Assembly: GCA_010093705.1 (NCBI GenBank)
Contig: MU006089.1
Span: 2,281,561-2,345,560 of the forward strand
Reading direction: 5' to 3'
Length of the DNA: 64,000 nt
Source: Patellaria atrata CBS 101060
Taxonomy: Eukaryota
Shown: positions 25,996 through 37,911 of the stretch, piece by piece
Numbering within the stretch: position 1 is the first letter of the stretch
Layout: each line of letters begins with the position of its first letter
The notes under the pieces: model-generated
What the model was told of the DNA's origin: nothing
Seen by the model: the letters and a program-made list of their open reading frames with translations, nothing else
Database searches by the model: none
Program-made: the position numbers and the translations under genes

Positions 25996-27520
25996 ATGGC
26001 AAATACTGTAACGATTGGAAAGACCTATTTTGAAGCTTTACTTCGTCGGTAAGTTCTATCTAGGCGAGCTGTGTTGTACAGCGCACGAGGCTAACAACAA
26101 GGGTTCCCAGTGCCGAATTGGTTTGTTCTACACATATATTAAGTATCCTGGCGAACAGTCGATGCTCATATATCATACCGTAGCATGCATCGTCCGACCA
26201 ATTTGATACCCCAGCTTATCATGTACCATTGAGCGTTACCATCTCGAAAGAAGAGCATGATTCTCTTGTAGGCATTCGATGCGCCATACCTTAGCTTCAC
26301 TTAACTGATCTTACATCCTCTATTTTCTAGCTTCAAGCAGCTCGAGAATATTGTATAGCATCATCCAGTCCTCACCGAGCTCGCGTGCTAACGTGTGAAA
26401 CCAAGATATTCTCCGAAACGCATTGTTCCGCGGTGGTCTTGACGCTGAGACTTTGAACACTTTGATTGCAGGCGAGAGCGGTAACAATGATGTTTCTCAA
26501 GCACAACCAAATGGTATAACGGAGGCAGCTCCACCTGTGACCTTACGAGAGAGCTCCTCGAGGAATGGAACCTCCTATGGCGTCCAAAATGTTCGTGACC
26601 GCACAATCATGGGAGGTGAATACCAATGGAGATCAGGGCATCGTGAGAGGCGGGATTATAGCTCTGGAATGACAACAGGCCCTTCCGATTCCGTGGATAA
26701 CGAAGATCGCGAAGTTGAGCATCATAGCAATGGAAACCGCCGCACGCAAATTCCCCGAAGCGAGCAACGCACGCTACTATTCTCTAATCTTGGAGAAAGA
26801 ACAACACATAAAGATATAGTGGCCCTTATTCGAGGCGGTAGATTGCTTGAAGTCTATGTACGCAACGATAAAACAGCTACTGTGTCATTCGTGGAAGGCG
26901 CTCAAGAATTTTTACAATACGCAAAGAAGAACGATTTCTATGTACATTCAAAAAGAGTAAGTCTTTTTCTGAGATTTATCATTTATCGCTCGCCCAAGCT
27001 CACGACATAATAGTTAGAAGTACGCTGGAATGACCGCCAATTCCATGTTCCAGGTCATGTTGCTAGCAAAATTGGTATTGGTGCAACGAGGAACATAGTA
27101 ATCTACGGAGGTGCATCCAAGCTCAATGAGCAGATGATACGTGAAGACCTCGACCATATCCATAATTTGGTTGTCATTGAAGTAGAATTCAAGGACGGAA
27201 ATGTGTACATCTCAACGAACTCGATCCACAACTCATTGTTCGCTAGAACATGTATGATGTCACGTACAACCTATAAAGGCCTGAAAATTGAATGGTATCC
27301 CGACGAGTGTGCAGCTCCAATTCCAAAGAGTCCATCATTTACTCGACGGGAACCGGTGCCAGTCACAAAATCGAGACGGATTTCCTCATCGTTCACCAAT
27401 CGGTTCGGCCTATTAAACATAGATGGGACCGATGAGGGATCATCTGATGATGAGGATGATCTCATGTCTAGCCATGGTGTAGGACTGGGCCGTTGGGCTG
27501 ATACCAGTATTGTAGCTTGA
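25996..27520 (+). CDS. RRM-domain RNA-binding protein
   Basis: Exons can be joined in frame through a 10-nt microexon (26111-26120) and a 22-nt exon (26331-26352). Two RRM-like regions: RTLLFSNL...ATVSFV and GATRNIVI...DLDHIHNLVVI...CMMSRTTYKG. Stop at 27520. Confidence 0.85.
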
Positions 27521-27942
27521 TTCCTTGCTTACAATGTTCTAGTCCTACATCAGCGCACGAAGTAGTTCCAGTTGATGCAATGATTTATCGTTCTCCGTCG
27601 AGAGTGTGCGCACATACTCGAACCGATACTAAAAACTCATACGGATCACTGCTTCTTTTCAAGTTGATAACTTTTTCTTCGAAGGTTAAGGGGCTCTTTT
27701 TTTTATGTTAAAATGCCTCAGCGTCAAGACAGTTGCAGGAATAACTGGGTATGAAATTTACGAAAAGTAGTACTTCGTTTTGGGCATCTCGATTGAGTTG
27801 GAATTTCCGTTTGGCTTGTACTGATACCCCAGTCGTTTTCATGAGTGTATTCAGCCAGCGTTTCTTATGCTTTTTTTTTTTAAAAAAAAAGATCTGAGCA
27901 TGGTAGTTTTGCATATTCTGTATCTCAGTCCTAAGAACTCTT

Positions 27943-29050
27943 TTACAGTTTCTCTTTTCGACTATGCCGGTAGTCATAATGCCAGTCATGTCGTGCTAAA
28001 TCTGCTCTAACTTGATAGTTTCTTTCTGCATCTTCTAATATTTGCAAGTCAAGATCCACAACAGCTATACCTTCTGCAGCACTTCCTAGTCTTACCAAGG
28101 GCCCAACCAAGGGAACAACGACTTGCGAGAGTCCAGCGTATCCTCGACCTGGGGGACCTCCACCGTTGGCGAAGATTATTGCTAAATTACCGTTATTAAG
28201 TATACGTTCAAGGGGAAGGGAGGGACATAAGTGACTCTTTGAAACTTACCACATGTGTTCTCATATGTTCTAGCTGTTAATGTGCTGTCCAAGAAGAGCG
28301 CCTCAGCTGAAGGGTTTCGAGCAAGCCCTTCGGGTATGCAATCGTTCAGTGTCCCTACACGCAATGAGCGCCGAACAGTGACACAGGGTGATTTCTAATC
28401 CGTACAAAAGGTAGGAATGATTATGATTTTCGCTCCCTGAGCAATCAATTCTCTGAATGCTTCGGGAAATGCGAGATCCCAACATATCAACATTCCCACC
28501 TTTCCCAAGGGTGTATCAAATACTTCGTGAACATCTCGTCCGCTACTAGTGAGATGTTCCCTTTCAGGGAGCCAGAGATTCTTCTTTACATATTTCCCTA
28601 TGATTTCTCCATCATTGTTGATAAAGTACGCGACATTCAACAGTTTGTCTTCATTTTTATCCGCATCCTTATGACGTTCAACGATAGTGCCGGGAACGAT
28701 ACAGATCTTGAGCTCTTTAGCCAAGGATTTGTAGGAAGAGAGATACTTCTGCCATTGATCGCAGGCAGGGAGAAATTTGGGATCTTTTGGCACCCAGTTT
28801 GTAAGATGGTATTCTGGAAGAACAGCGAGCTCGCACCCTTGAGTTGCTGCTGAGCGGATGAAAGCACAGGCGCGCTGATGATTGGATTCTAGTTGCAGAG
28901 GCTGGATATCACATCATTCTTCAGTATAGTTAAAGTATAGTAGTTACACATTCCGAGCAATATCATCTACGCGGAGTTGAGGTGCTGTATGGGTATTGCG
29001 CTGACCTTGCAATGAAGCTGTATCACCGCCACTTTGTGGATCGGAGGCAT
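27943..29050 (-). CDS. Carbon-nitrogen hydrolase (nitrilase superfamily)
   Basis: ATG 29050 (MPPIHKVAVIQLHCK|PLQLE). Catalytic triad in LPEY (Glu), YVKKNLW (Lys) and ICWDLAFPE (Cys). Three introns; C-terminus ...DWHYDYRHSRKEKL*. Confidence 0.92.
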
Positions 29051-29336
29051 ATTAAAAGTAAATCTATAGTAAATTTTCCAATCAGAAGATGTTCCTTGGA
29101 CAGTATACAATATACACTCCCCAAATGCCCGTCATATAGCTCTCACCATCCCGTCGAATTGCGGAGGTGAGCATTGACCGAATTCGAGGGGTCAAAAAGT
29201 TCACGCACGTAACCGAAGCGAGAATTTCCACAACGGAACATCAACCCACCAACACCTTAAACAGAGCCGCAGGACCACCTTTTCACCCATTTCCTTACAT
29301 AATTGGGACGTTTTCGATACGGAAAGTGAACTCATC

Positions 29337-30890
29337 ATGAGTTTGCGTCAACCGTACCAGGCCGATGGCGGCGTCAGGAACTTCAAGGACGATGATTCAG
29401 ATGTCGAAGAGGAGGCATTAGTGAATGACTATAGGGAGCAGGTTCGATATGAAGATGGCATGGATGATTTAGACAGGACAATTTCTCTCGGAGGTTCAAG
29501 TCAACAGGATATATCAGCACAGTTAGCGGCTGCGGCGACACCGTTAGAGTTCCAGGCGACCTTGGAGACGAAGTTTGCGAGTTACGATAACTATTGCAGT
29601 TTGTTCCATTACATATTGAATTCAGAAGGACCTGTAGATTTAGAGGCACCATCTGTAGGTCTTAGTCAAGTATCCAAAATTGAGAAATGTGCTGATTCAT
29701 TTCTATAGTATTTCTGGGCCTGGGATGTCATCGACGAGTTCATATACCAGTTCAACAGCTTCTGCAGCTACAGACAACGGGTAGCACTCAAAGCAGATAA
29801 TGAGGAGGAGATTCAACTATTGCGAGACGCTCCCAATACCTGGGGCTGCTACAGCGTCCTCAACGTTCTATACTCACTCATCCAACGCTCACAAATCAGC
29901 GAACAACTGGCAGCAATGCAGCGCGGCGAAGACCCAGCCCAATTTGCAGGAGAATACGGCAACCGCCCTCTCTACAAAATGCTAGGCTACTTCTCCATCA
30001 TCGGCCTGCTCCGCGTACACTGTCTCCTCGGCGACTTCAGCCTCGCTCTCAAAACCCTCGACGACATCGAGCTGAACAAGAAAGCTATGTTCGCGCGCGT
30101 CATGGCCGCCCACTTCACGACGTACTACTACGTCGGCTTCTCCTACATGATGATGCGCCGCTACGCCGATGCGATCCGCATGTTCAGCCACATCCTCGTC
30201 TACGTGAGCCGGACCAAGAACTTCCAGAAGAACGCACAGTACGACTCCATCACGAAGCGCAACGACCAGATGTACGCCCTCATCGCCATCTGCGTCGCTT
30301 TCCACCCCACCCGCCTCGACGACACCATCCACACCGCCCTGCGCGAGAAGTACGGCGAGCAGTTCACCCGCATGCAGCGCGGTGGACCCGAGTCCCTGCC
30401 CCTCTTCGAGGAACTCTTCCGCAACGCCTGCCCGAAGTTCATCAGTCCCACCCCGCCCGATTTCGATAATCCCCAGATTAACGTCGACCCCGTGGAACAC
30501 CACCTTGCCATCTTCATGGACGAGGTCAAGAACAACATGTGGTCGCCCACCGTGAAGAGCTACCTGAAACTATACACGACTATGGACCTGAAGAAGCTCG
30601 CCGGCTTCTTGGAGGTCGAGCCGGACAAGTTGCGCAATTGGCTGCTCGTAAATAAGCAGAGGAGCAGGCAGGTGCGGTGGGGTGAGGGCGGCTTGTTGGA
30701 TGGTGAGGTCGTCAATAGCAGTGATTTGGACTATGCTTTGCAAGTGGTAAGCTTCAAAATTTCGCGTTATCGTTCCTCGGGATAAACATATGCTGATTAT
30801 ATTAACCAGGACCTAATCCATGTCTCCGAAGCGAAGGTCGGCAGGAGACTCGTGGATTGGTATCTGCGAAACCTGGCGCGGACGTACTAA
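29337..30890 (+). CDS. EIF3L: Eukaryotic translation initiation factor 3 subunit L
   Basis: Motifs WAWDVIDEFIYQF, LYKMLGYFSIIGLLRVHCLLGDF, FRNACPKFISP and SYLKLYTT. Two introns (~29655-29708, ~30747-30809); stop at 30890. Confidence 0.95.
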
Positions 30891-31399
30891 ACGATTTCTC
30901 TTTCTTCCTTTCTTTCAAGTTTCAAAAAAGCCCTTCTTCGTGCATGGGTTTCCGCTCCGTGCGGTTGAAAAGGGGCACGTCAACGGCGTAATGTAGTTGT
31001 TAGCATTGCATGAATGACTAGGACGTAGTTTATTACAAAAACATTAGAGTAACGATTCACGGTTCATATAGACGGTGGAACGAGAATTCAGAATCAGATA
31101 GTTGGTTGATTCTACCCTCAGCCCCATGACTGAGGCCCGTAATTACGTTTACCCATTTAGAGATCATCTATGTACAGTACAACCGGCGAACTTCTTCGCA
31201 GCGATGTTCGCAGTAGGAAATATAATAGAAAGAAAAAAGAATAGGAAAAGCCCAGCTGGGGGTGGTATCATCGACGACGGAGACCCAAGACCAATAATAA
31301 AAAAGTAAAGGAAAAGGAAAATATAAAGAAAGAAAAGATCCCTTATCCCTTCACGCCCGTGTCGTGCACTCCAAATGCCTTGACCATACTCATACCCCA

Positions 31400-33544
31400 T
31401 CATCGTTCAGCAGTCTCCATCTTATCGACCCTCCTCGTAGCCCAAATAACAACACCACCAACGACCTTGAAAACAACAGTAAGTATGAGCACAACAGCTT
31501 TGGCCCCGAACTTGACAACCGTGAACACCATCCTCGTGACACCAGGTAACTCATGCTCACCCTCGGTCTTCTTCTCCTTCTCCTTTTTCTCCCCAGGCAT
31601 CATCATCTCGATATCCATTTCCCTCACCTTCTCCTTTCCCTTCAAACTCCCCTGCCGCCACCACCCTTTGCCCTTCTCCTTAGGTGAGGCAGTCGCGCTC
31701 CCCAGCGTCGGGCTCGACTTGGAAGAAGCCTTGCTCCGGGCAGCGGGGGACGAGGACCGCGACGGCGGCGCGAGGAAGACGAGTCGGGGATCGACGCCGC
31801 GCTTGCTCTCCGCGACCGCGACGCTGAGAAGCGTCGCCACCGCAACGTCAATGAGATGCGGGTTCCCCAGATGTCTGAGCCCCGCCGCCTCAAGCGTCAA
31901 CATGCCGCCGTTCGCGAAGTCGAGTTTAGCCAGGACGGCGTCCTCAGCGGGCGTAATTGCATGGCTGGCGTTCCCGGGGATGGAGGAAAAGGGGTTAGCG
32001 AAGGGGTTGAGGAGATAAATTTTCCCCGACGCGTTGGCGCTGTGGGCGTAGGGCGATGAGGGACCCATGCTGGATGCGAAACCGCGGGATACGTCGCCTT
32101 CGACGGTGATAGGGAAGAAGCCGAGGGTCGGGTGTTGGAGCATGTATTGGCCGACGCCTGATGGGGAGGAGCCGCGCGTCCAGACGAGGTCGCAGCATTC
32201 CTTCTCTGCGGCTTCGCGGACCGCGTTTTCGGCGAGGCGCTGGGCAGCTGGGGATGTGGCGTCGGGATCAAATTGGGCGATGGAGTGAGCGGCGGGAGAT
32301 TGGGCGGCTGCGTCGAGGGCGGCGAGGGCGGCGAGTTTGGGGTATATGGTCGTTATTAAGATGGATTGGCCTTCATCAATGATGTCGTGAGATATTGATG
32401 GGGGAGGCGGTGGAGAAACGGTTAGGTGAGCGGTCGGAAGAGATTGTTGCTGGTTGGGGTGTTTGCGATGAATGAGCACTTCGGCGTGGTTGGATTCCAT
32501 GTTTTCGGAGTCAGTAGGACGCTTGGTGGATTGAGCGAGTGTGTAGAAGGGTTCTGATGCGGAAGGACCAAAAGATATGGATTTGTCGGACGTTTGGGAT
32601 GAGCTTGAGCTAGCGGGATCTGACGACCGATGCATAGCGAGTGTATATGTCCTAGGAGCATATTGTGATCCTTGACCGTTTGCTGCATCCCATAGGCTGC
32701 CCAGTTCGTTGGCGGGTGTGGAGTAAGGAGGTGCTGAAGTGCTAGGAACCGGCGCTGGGGAATAAGTTGGGCGGCTGATTTTGTTCATAGGGATTTGAAG
32801 ATTCGGAAGAGCATGCATGGGTCGATACTCTTGATGGGATAATGGCAGATTAACATTATATGTAGGGAAGATAGACCGCATTATAGCGGGTTCTGAGGCC
32901 TGAATAGGAGACGTGTCGGTAAGAACACCATTTTGATACACCAACGTGGGAGCATCCGAGAAAGCAGGAGATACCATACGAGCACGATCAACTGGAGAGA
33001 AGGTCGATTGAGTATCTGAGAATGCAGGAGAAGCAGCGCGATTCCTATCAGGAGACAGATATGTCTGTGTCGTTTCCGATGTAGCTGGGGAAACGAAGTG
33101 ATTGGGGTTAGGAGACACATTTGTTTGGATCGTAGCTAATGGTGATACCGCTCGTGGAGGTAAAGCTGGTGTAATAGATCGACTCTGCGGAGGAGGGAAT
33201 GCTGGCGATACAGATCGACTTTGTGGAGGGTGTGATACTGGAGAAGGTGCTCGACTCGCCCTGCTTGCTGATCTCTGTGGTGGGGAAAAGTTCGAATATG
33301 CTTGTGGTGGTGTGCTTGCGGTGTGTGCTCTTTCAGGGGAAGCAATAACTGGAGAATTCGGTGCCGAAGAGACATGAATTACTAATTCATGGAAGTCGGC
33401 CGGCGCCTTCGCATGCTCCATCTTTTCCATAATAGGTTCCGGATGGGCTGGCCTGAACGGATTCGTCCTGCGACTCGTCGTTCGTTGGGGCCATTTTTGA
33501 GGGGTAGGAAACAATTGCAATTGAGGTCCTGATCCTGATGCCAT
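31400..33544 (-). CDS. Hypothetical 714-aa protein with Pro/Ser-rich N-terminus and hydrophobic C-terminal segment
   Basis: Long single-exon ORF with an ATG start. Contains repeated RxxSP motifs, a structured-looking middle (IFPTYNVNLPLSHQEYRP; IYPKLAALAALD; IDVAVATLLSVAVAE) and a C-terminal hydrophobic stretch. No family recognised. Confidence 0.85.
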   Translation of the reverse strand: MASGSGPQLQLFPTPQKWPQRTTSRRTNPFRPAHPEPIMEKMEHAKAPADFHELVIHVSSAPNSPVIASPERAHTASTPPQAYSNFSPPQRSASRASRAPSPVSHPPQSRSVSPAFPPPQSRSITPALPPRAVSPLATIQTNVSPNPNHFVSPATSETTQTYLSPDRNRAASPAFSDTQSTFSPVDRARMVSPAFSDAPTLVYQNGVLTDTSPIQASEPAIMRSIFPTYNVNLPLSHQEYRPMHALPNLQIPMNKISRPTYSPAPVPSTSAPPYSTPANELGSLWDAANGQGSQYAPRTYTLAMHRSSDPASSSSSQTSDKSISFGPSASEPFYTLAQSTKRPTDSENMESNHAEVLIHRKHPNQQQSLPTAHLTVSPPPPPSISHDIIDEGQSILITTIYPKLAALAALDAAAQSPAAHSIAQFDPDATSPAAQRLAENAVREAAEKECCDLVWTRGSSPSGVGQYMLQHPTLGFFPITVEGDVSRGFASSMGPSSPYAHSANASGKIYLLNPFANPFSSIPGNASHAITPAEDAVLAKLDFANGGMLTLEAAGLRHLGNPHLIDVAVATLLSVAVAESKRGVDPRLVFLAPPSRSSSPAARSKASSKSSPTLGSATASPKEKGKGWWRQGSLKGKEKVREMDIEMMMPGEKKEKEKKTEGEHELPGVTRMVFTVVKFGAKAVVLILTVVFKVVGGVVIWATRRVDKMETAER

Positions 33545-34670
33545 GACGATTGAATATCAAGAAACGCAACTTTGAAAGAGATACTTTAATGAGAAGAAAA
33601 TAAGGAAAGGAATTCGTCAAAGAAACCTCAGATCAAACTCGAGAGAGACGACGGAAAGGAACACACACCTACAAAAATTGATAGTATGGGACATTGCTAT
33701 CGATATAAACTACTGTGCAAGGCAGAGTTTCCATCGGGAGTAGTGGCATGGTCTCCAGCTCGGGCCGCCAGAAATCAATAGCGGTTGCACGGGTGGTCGC
33801 CGCTTGGCTTTTGCACAGACGAACAGTAGTAAAGAAACATTCTGGCCTACATGGGAGGAAGAAATGGGGCGGTTCTAGGACGAATATCGAGCTGGTTGTT
33901 TATGTGGCCAACACTTAAGCGCCCATGGCTGTAAACATCTCTTGGCGTTTGCGCAACTCTCTAAGCGCCCACCATATAAAGCCTGCAGTCCGGCCTTCTG
34001 GAATCATTCTGATTTGTTGATCAATATGAACATTGATCGAGAACAAGGGAATCTGCCATGCGAGCATCTCTATCCCTTCTATCCTATGCCGTTGTTGTGA
34101 TAGAGGCTCGCAGAGGCACCTGCATAAACGTCCGGGAATCTGGATGGTTGAAAGATGGGAAGACTTGCAGTCGCGGAGAATGTTTCTATCAGCTCGTGGC
34201 ACTTAGTCGGCACAGCACGTGAGGTAGAACTATCTGACTGAAAGGTTTTTTCTTTCTCTCGTATTGACATGATAATGAGTGAGGTCCAAAAATCCATAGC
34301 ATAACCCGTACGGTGTGAGGAGGACAATTACATCGATGGGACGAGAGCGAAAATTTAAACTTTATAACAATATAACTAGAATACTCGTTCTATCACTAGA
34401 CTCGAATAAATAATAACGAGACGGAAAAGAAAGAGATGAAAGATATTGAAAATGTTGAAGTCCTCCGATTAAGGGGATGCTGGGATAAGAGAAACACGTC
34501 AAACCGACCAAACATGGCATTCACGCGTTAGTTCTACCAATGACGTAGACACTATGTAGCTCAAAGCTCCATCATCATAAAGCTACATTTCCCACAACAA
34601 ACTCTCCTTCATCCATCTCCCCAACCCATAACTCAAACTCCAATCCAACCCAGAAATCCATCAGCAAACT

Positions 34671-34695
34671 AAAAACCAAAACCAAAACCAAAACC
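34671..34695 (+). repeat. (AAAACC)n short tandem repeat just upstream of the ATG at 34699
   Basis: About four copies of AAAACC read directly from the sequence. Confidence 0.8.
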
Positions 34696-34698
34696 ACA

Positions 34699-35331
34699 AT
34701 GTCCACCCTCCGCCTAACCCTCCGCAGCCACCCCTTCCGCCCCTTCCTCACAACCCCTTCTCGGACCCTCTACCCCCCAACCCGCCGCCTCGCCTCCTCC
34801 GACTACGGCAGCGGCAGCGGCGACCCCACAGCCGAAAAACCCCAAAAGCAAGGCCGCAACCCGTCCGAATCGCTCGAGCACCCCGGTCCCCCTCCCCCCA
34901 AAGTCGGTCAAAAGTCTTCAGAAAACAGCTCCTCGGGTTCCTCCAACACGGACTCCTCGAAAACCACTTCCTCAACCTCGACCGACGCGTCGAAGCAGAA
35001 GCGGTCGTTTTCGACGAGTGCGGGGAGGTGGGGTAGGGATAAGACGCAGGCGACTGACGGAAAGGGGGAGAAGGCGCCGCAGCCGAAGATTCTGCATGAT
35101 AGTCCGCCGAGTGGGGAGGGTCAACCGGAGGATGTGAGGAGGCATAATGAGGAGATGGAGAAGAGGAGTGAGAGAGCTTATGAGGGGGTCGAGAATGATG
35201 ATACGAAGAATGATAAGGTGGGGAGGGGGTTTTGGTCGGGTGAGTAGCGTTCATTTTTTTTAAAAAAAAATTTTGGTGGATTATATGACTGATTTGATAT
35301 AGGTCAAGGTGGTACGGATAGGGAACCGTGA
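34699..35331 (+). CDS. Hypothetical protein, probably mitochondrial
   Basis: Arg/Ser/Leu-rich, acid-free N-terminus resembling a presequence. Motifs DYGSGSGDP...LEHPGPPPP and DVRRHNEEMEKR. Intron ~35240-35302 (GTGAGT...CTGAT...TAG) leads to GQGGTDREP*. Confidence 0.8.
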
Positions 35332-35753
35332 GTGTGCCTTGGTGAGGTACGGTGGGTCCTGCAGAAAACTGATCAGACGGAGAGAATTGTGTCCGCGTGA
35401 GAGAGCATCTGTACTATAGCATTATGGAGTTGAAAATGGACATTATATTTCAGTCCAAGGTCAATACTGATATCGGAACTGCAACGAAACGTCAGTTATG
35501 AGATTGTGATATGCTCGAAATGTATCCTTATACCACGGTCAGAATACCATAAGCCCATGGAAGGCAATTGATGCAGCATCTCAATCTTAAGTGCGGACAT
35601 CAGAACAGGAAGGATATTCAACAGAGCTACTATTCTTGTACCATTCATCAAGTAGTGAAGTCCTAGTAAAGAGTGCCTTCCATGATCAATAGTCCTCCAT
35701 GTTCAAAACCATAATCCAAGACCTCATACTCCACGCTTACAAGAGCCCGACCC

Positions 35754-37568
35754 CTAATACTTCTCGGCCGTATCAGCCTTCGGTTCCACCGACTCACGAT
35801 GCACAGCCGCACCTCCAATCGGTGCCGTAATCTTCAAATTGCCCTCCTCAATATCCTTCTGCAAGACATCCAACCTACTCCCCTTCGGCACGCTCTTCCA
35901 CGCCGGCCGTCCCGAATCAAACACCTCATCCATCTCCTCGAGCGTCTTACCCTTAGTCTCAGGCGCTGTCAAAAATATATGCACGAACGCGGCGCCGTTG
36001 AACGCCGCAAAGATCATGTACATCTTCCAGTTGATGTTCCAGAGGAGCGGGGGCACGGCGAACGCGAGGGCGCAGTTCCAGGCCCAATTGGAGGCGGTGG
36101 AGAGGGATACGGCCTTGGCGCGGATCTTGGAGGGGAAGATTTCCGAGGGGTATGTCCAGGAGGAGGGGCCCCAGGTTGTGGCGAAGGTGGCGACGAAGAG
36201 GTAGGACATTGCGATCACGGCTTTGGAGACGGAGGGGTGGTGGTCCAGGACCCAGGAGATGTCTTTGAGGTTGGGGTCCGTCATCGGGTTTGCGCGGCCG
36301 TAGGCGCCTTGGAGAGAGCCGGAGATGAAGAGCCAGGTCATCATGAAGAAGGAGCCGATGAGCATGGCGGGACGGCGGCCGAAGCGATCGAGGTAGAGGA
36401 TGGCTGGTAGGGTGAGAGCTACGTTGATGATGTATTGAATAGAGGCGGTAAGGAGAGGGCTACCGGTACCGGCAGCTTCCATGATATAGACGATATAGTA
36501 CCTATAAATATGTTAGTTGAATCCCTCATCTGCGGATGTTTTTAGATGGGTATTGAAACTTACATCATGATGTTCATGCCGCACAGTTGGCTCCACATCT
36601 GAATGGACATGCCTAGGACGACACGCTTGAGCATACGAGGTTCTACGAGGGCCGCGAAACTTGACACTGCTTCCTCACGTTCAAATCGAAGAGCTTCCTC
36701 AATTTCCTTGTACTCAGCAAGCACCTTGGGATGATTAATGTCGCCTTTGCCATGAACCGCACCCAAGATTTGAATACTACGAAACGTTAGTTAGGAATAA
36801 AATGGATGTTTTCATAACTTACGATTCCTCCCAGCGATCTTTGCTTGCAAGCCAACGTGGAGAATTGGGTAGAAAGAACATGCCAAAGAATAGTATTAGA
36901 GCTGGTACCATCTGGACTCCCCATGGGATACGGAAAGCTGCAGTGCTCTGGTTTGGGTCCTTGGGTCCTCCACCGATAAAAGAAGCTCCATACTGGATAA
37001 AGTATTGGATTAAGATACCCCAAGTGATTGCCCACTGTTGTAGAGAAACTACACGACCACGAATTTCCTTAGGGGCGATTTCGGCTTGATAAACAGGAAC
37101 AACGGATGAGCAGATGCCAACGCAAAATCCAGCAACGATACGGCCAACGACAAGAAGAGCCACTCCATTAGAAGCTGTTTGGAGACTATATAAATCGTCA
37201 GCTTTCCGCAACCTAGATCTAGAGCAAATGGGATTCACATTGATCCAATAACCCAAATTATAGACGCAATCTGGATGGCAACTTTACGAGAATATTTGTC
37301 TGCAATGAATGATGAAGCGAGAGCACCGACAAGAGATCCAGCCGGCATGGCGCAAGTGATACCACCTTGTCTATAAGACACAGGATGACCGAAATAGCGC
37401 TTGTATGCCATGGTGCCTAAAACACCGCTCATCGATGAGATATCAAAACCGAACAGACCCCCGCCTATTGGAAACTATCAGTTTTATTCGAACCAAGAGA
37501 GGATTCAGAACCAACATACCTAGCGCGGCGAAGCCGCAAATGGCATAAATATTATTGATCCGATACAT
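35754..37568 (-). CDS. MFS sugar porter, high-affinity glucose transporter (HGT1-like)
   Basis: ATG 37568 (MYRINNIYAICGFAALG|GGLFGFDISSMSG). Motifs PVYQAEIAPKEIRG, SPRWL, QLCGMNIMM|YYIVYI, DRFGRR, WTYPSEIFP and PETKGKTLEEMD. Four introns. Confidence 0.95.
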
Positions 37569-37604
37569 CTTAGCTTTGTTAATCGTAACCAGTTTACTAA
37601 AAGC

Positions 37605-37911
37605 CTCCAGACTACTCCCTCAAGTGATAGAGGTAACTTGGAACAGATACTTCCAAGTCAACTGGCAGCGAGTAATCGTAAGCTGAGAAGCAGAAGAGCA
37701 AGACAGGGAAGAGGAGCTGTCCATGCTCTTATGTTGCTCAACGTGAAGTGATGGGCAGCCTATGCCCCTTGACCTTGGAAACCCCGCCGATGTTACCCAG
37801 CTGTCTATTGTTCACAAGGTCTGTCTTCGCCGTTGAAGACATAGAGTTCTAACCAGTTAAAGACGGCGTGGAGAGCTCCGGGGTTAGGCCCTGATGGAGT
37901 AATACCTGGGG
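37605..37911. promoter_or_regulatory. Cluster of SYGGRG (CreA/Mig1-type) sites upstream of the sugar transporter
   Basis: CTCCAG 37605, CCCCGC 37782, GTGGAG 37868, overlapping CTCCGG/CCGGGG 37876-37883 and CTGGGG 37906. All match SYGGRG on one strand or the other. Confidence 0.5.

Noticed and set aside
27871..27890. T11-A9 self-complementary run (similar run at 35254-35274)
   Set aside because: Low-complexity homopolymers in a 3' intergenic region and an intron; no evidence of a function or a mobile-element end.
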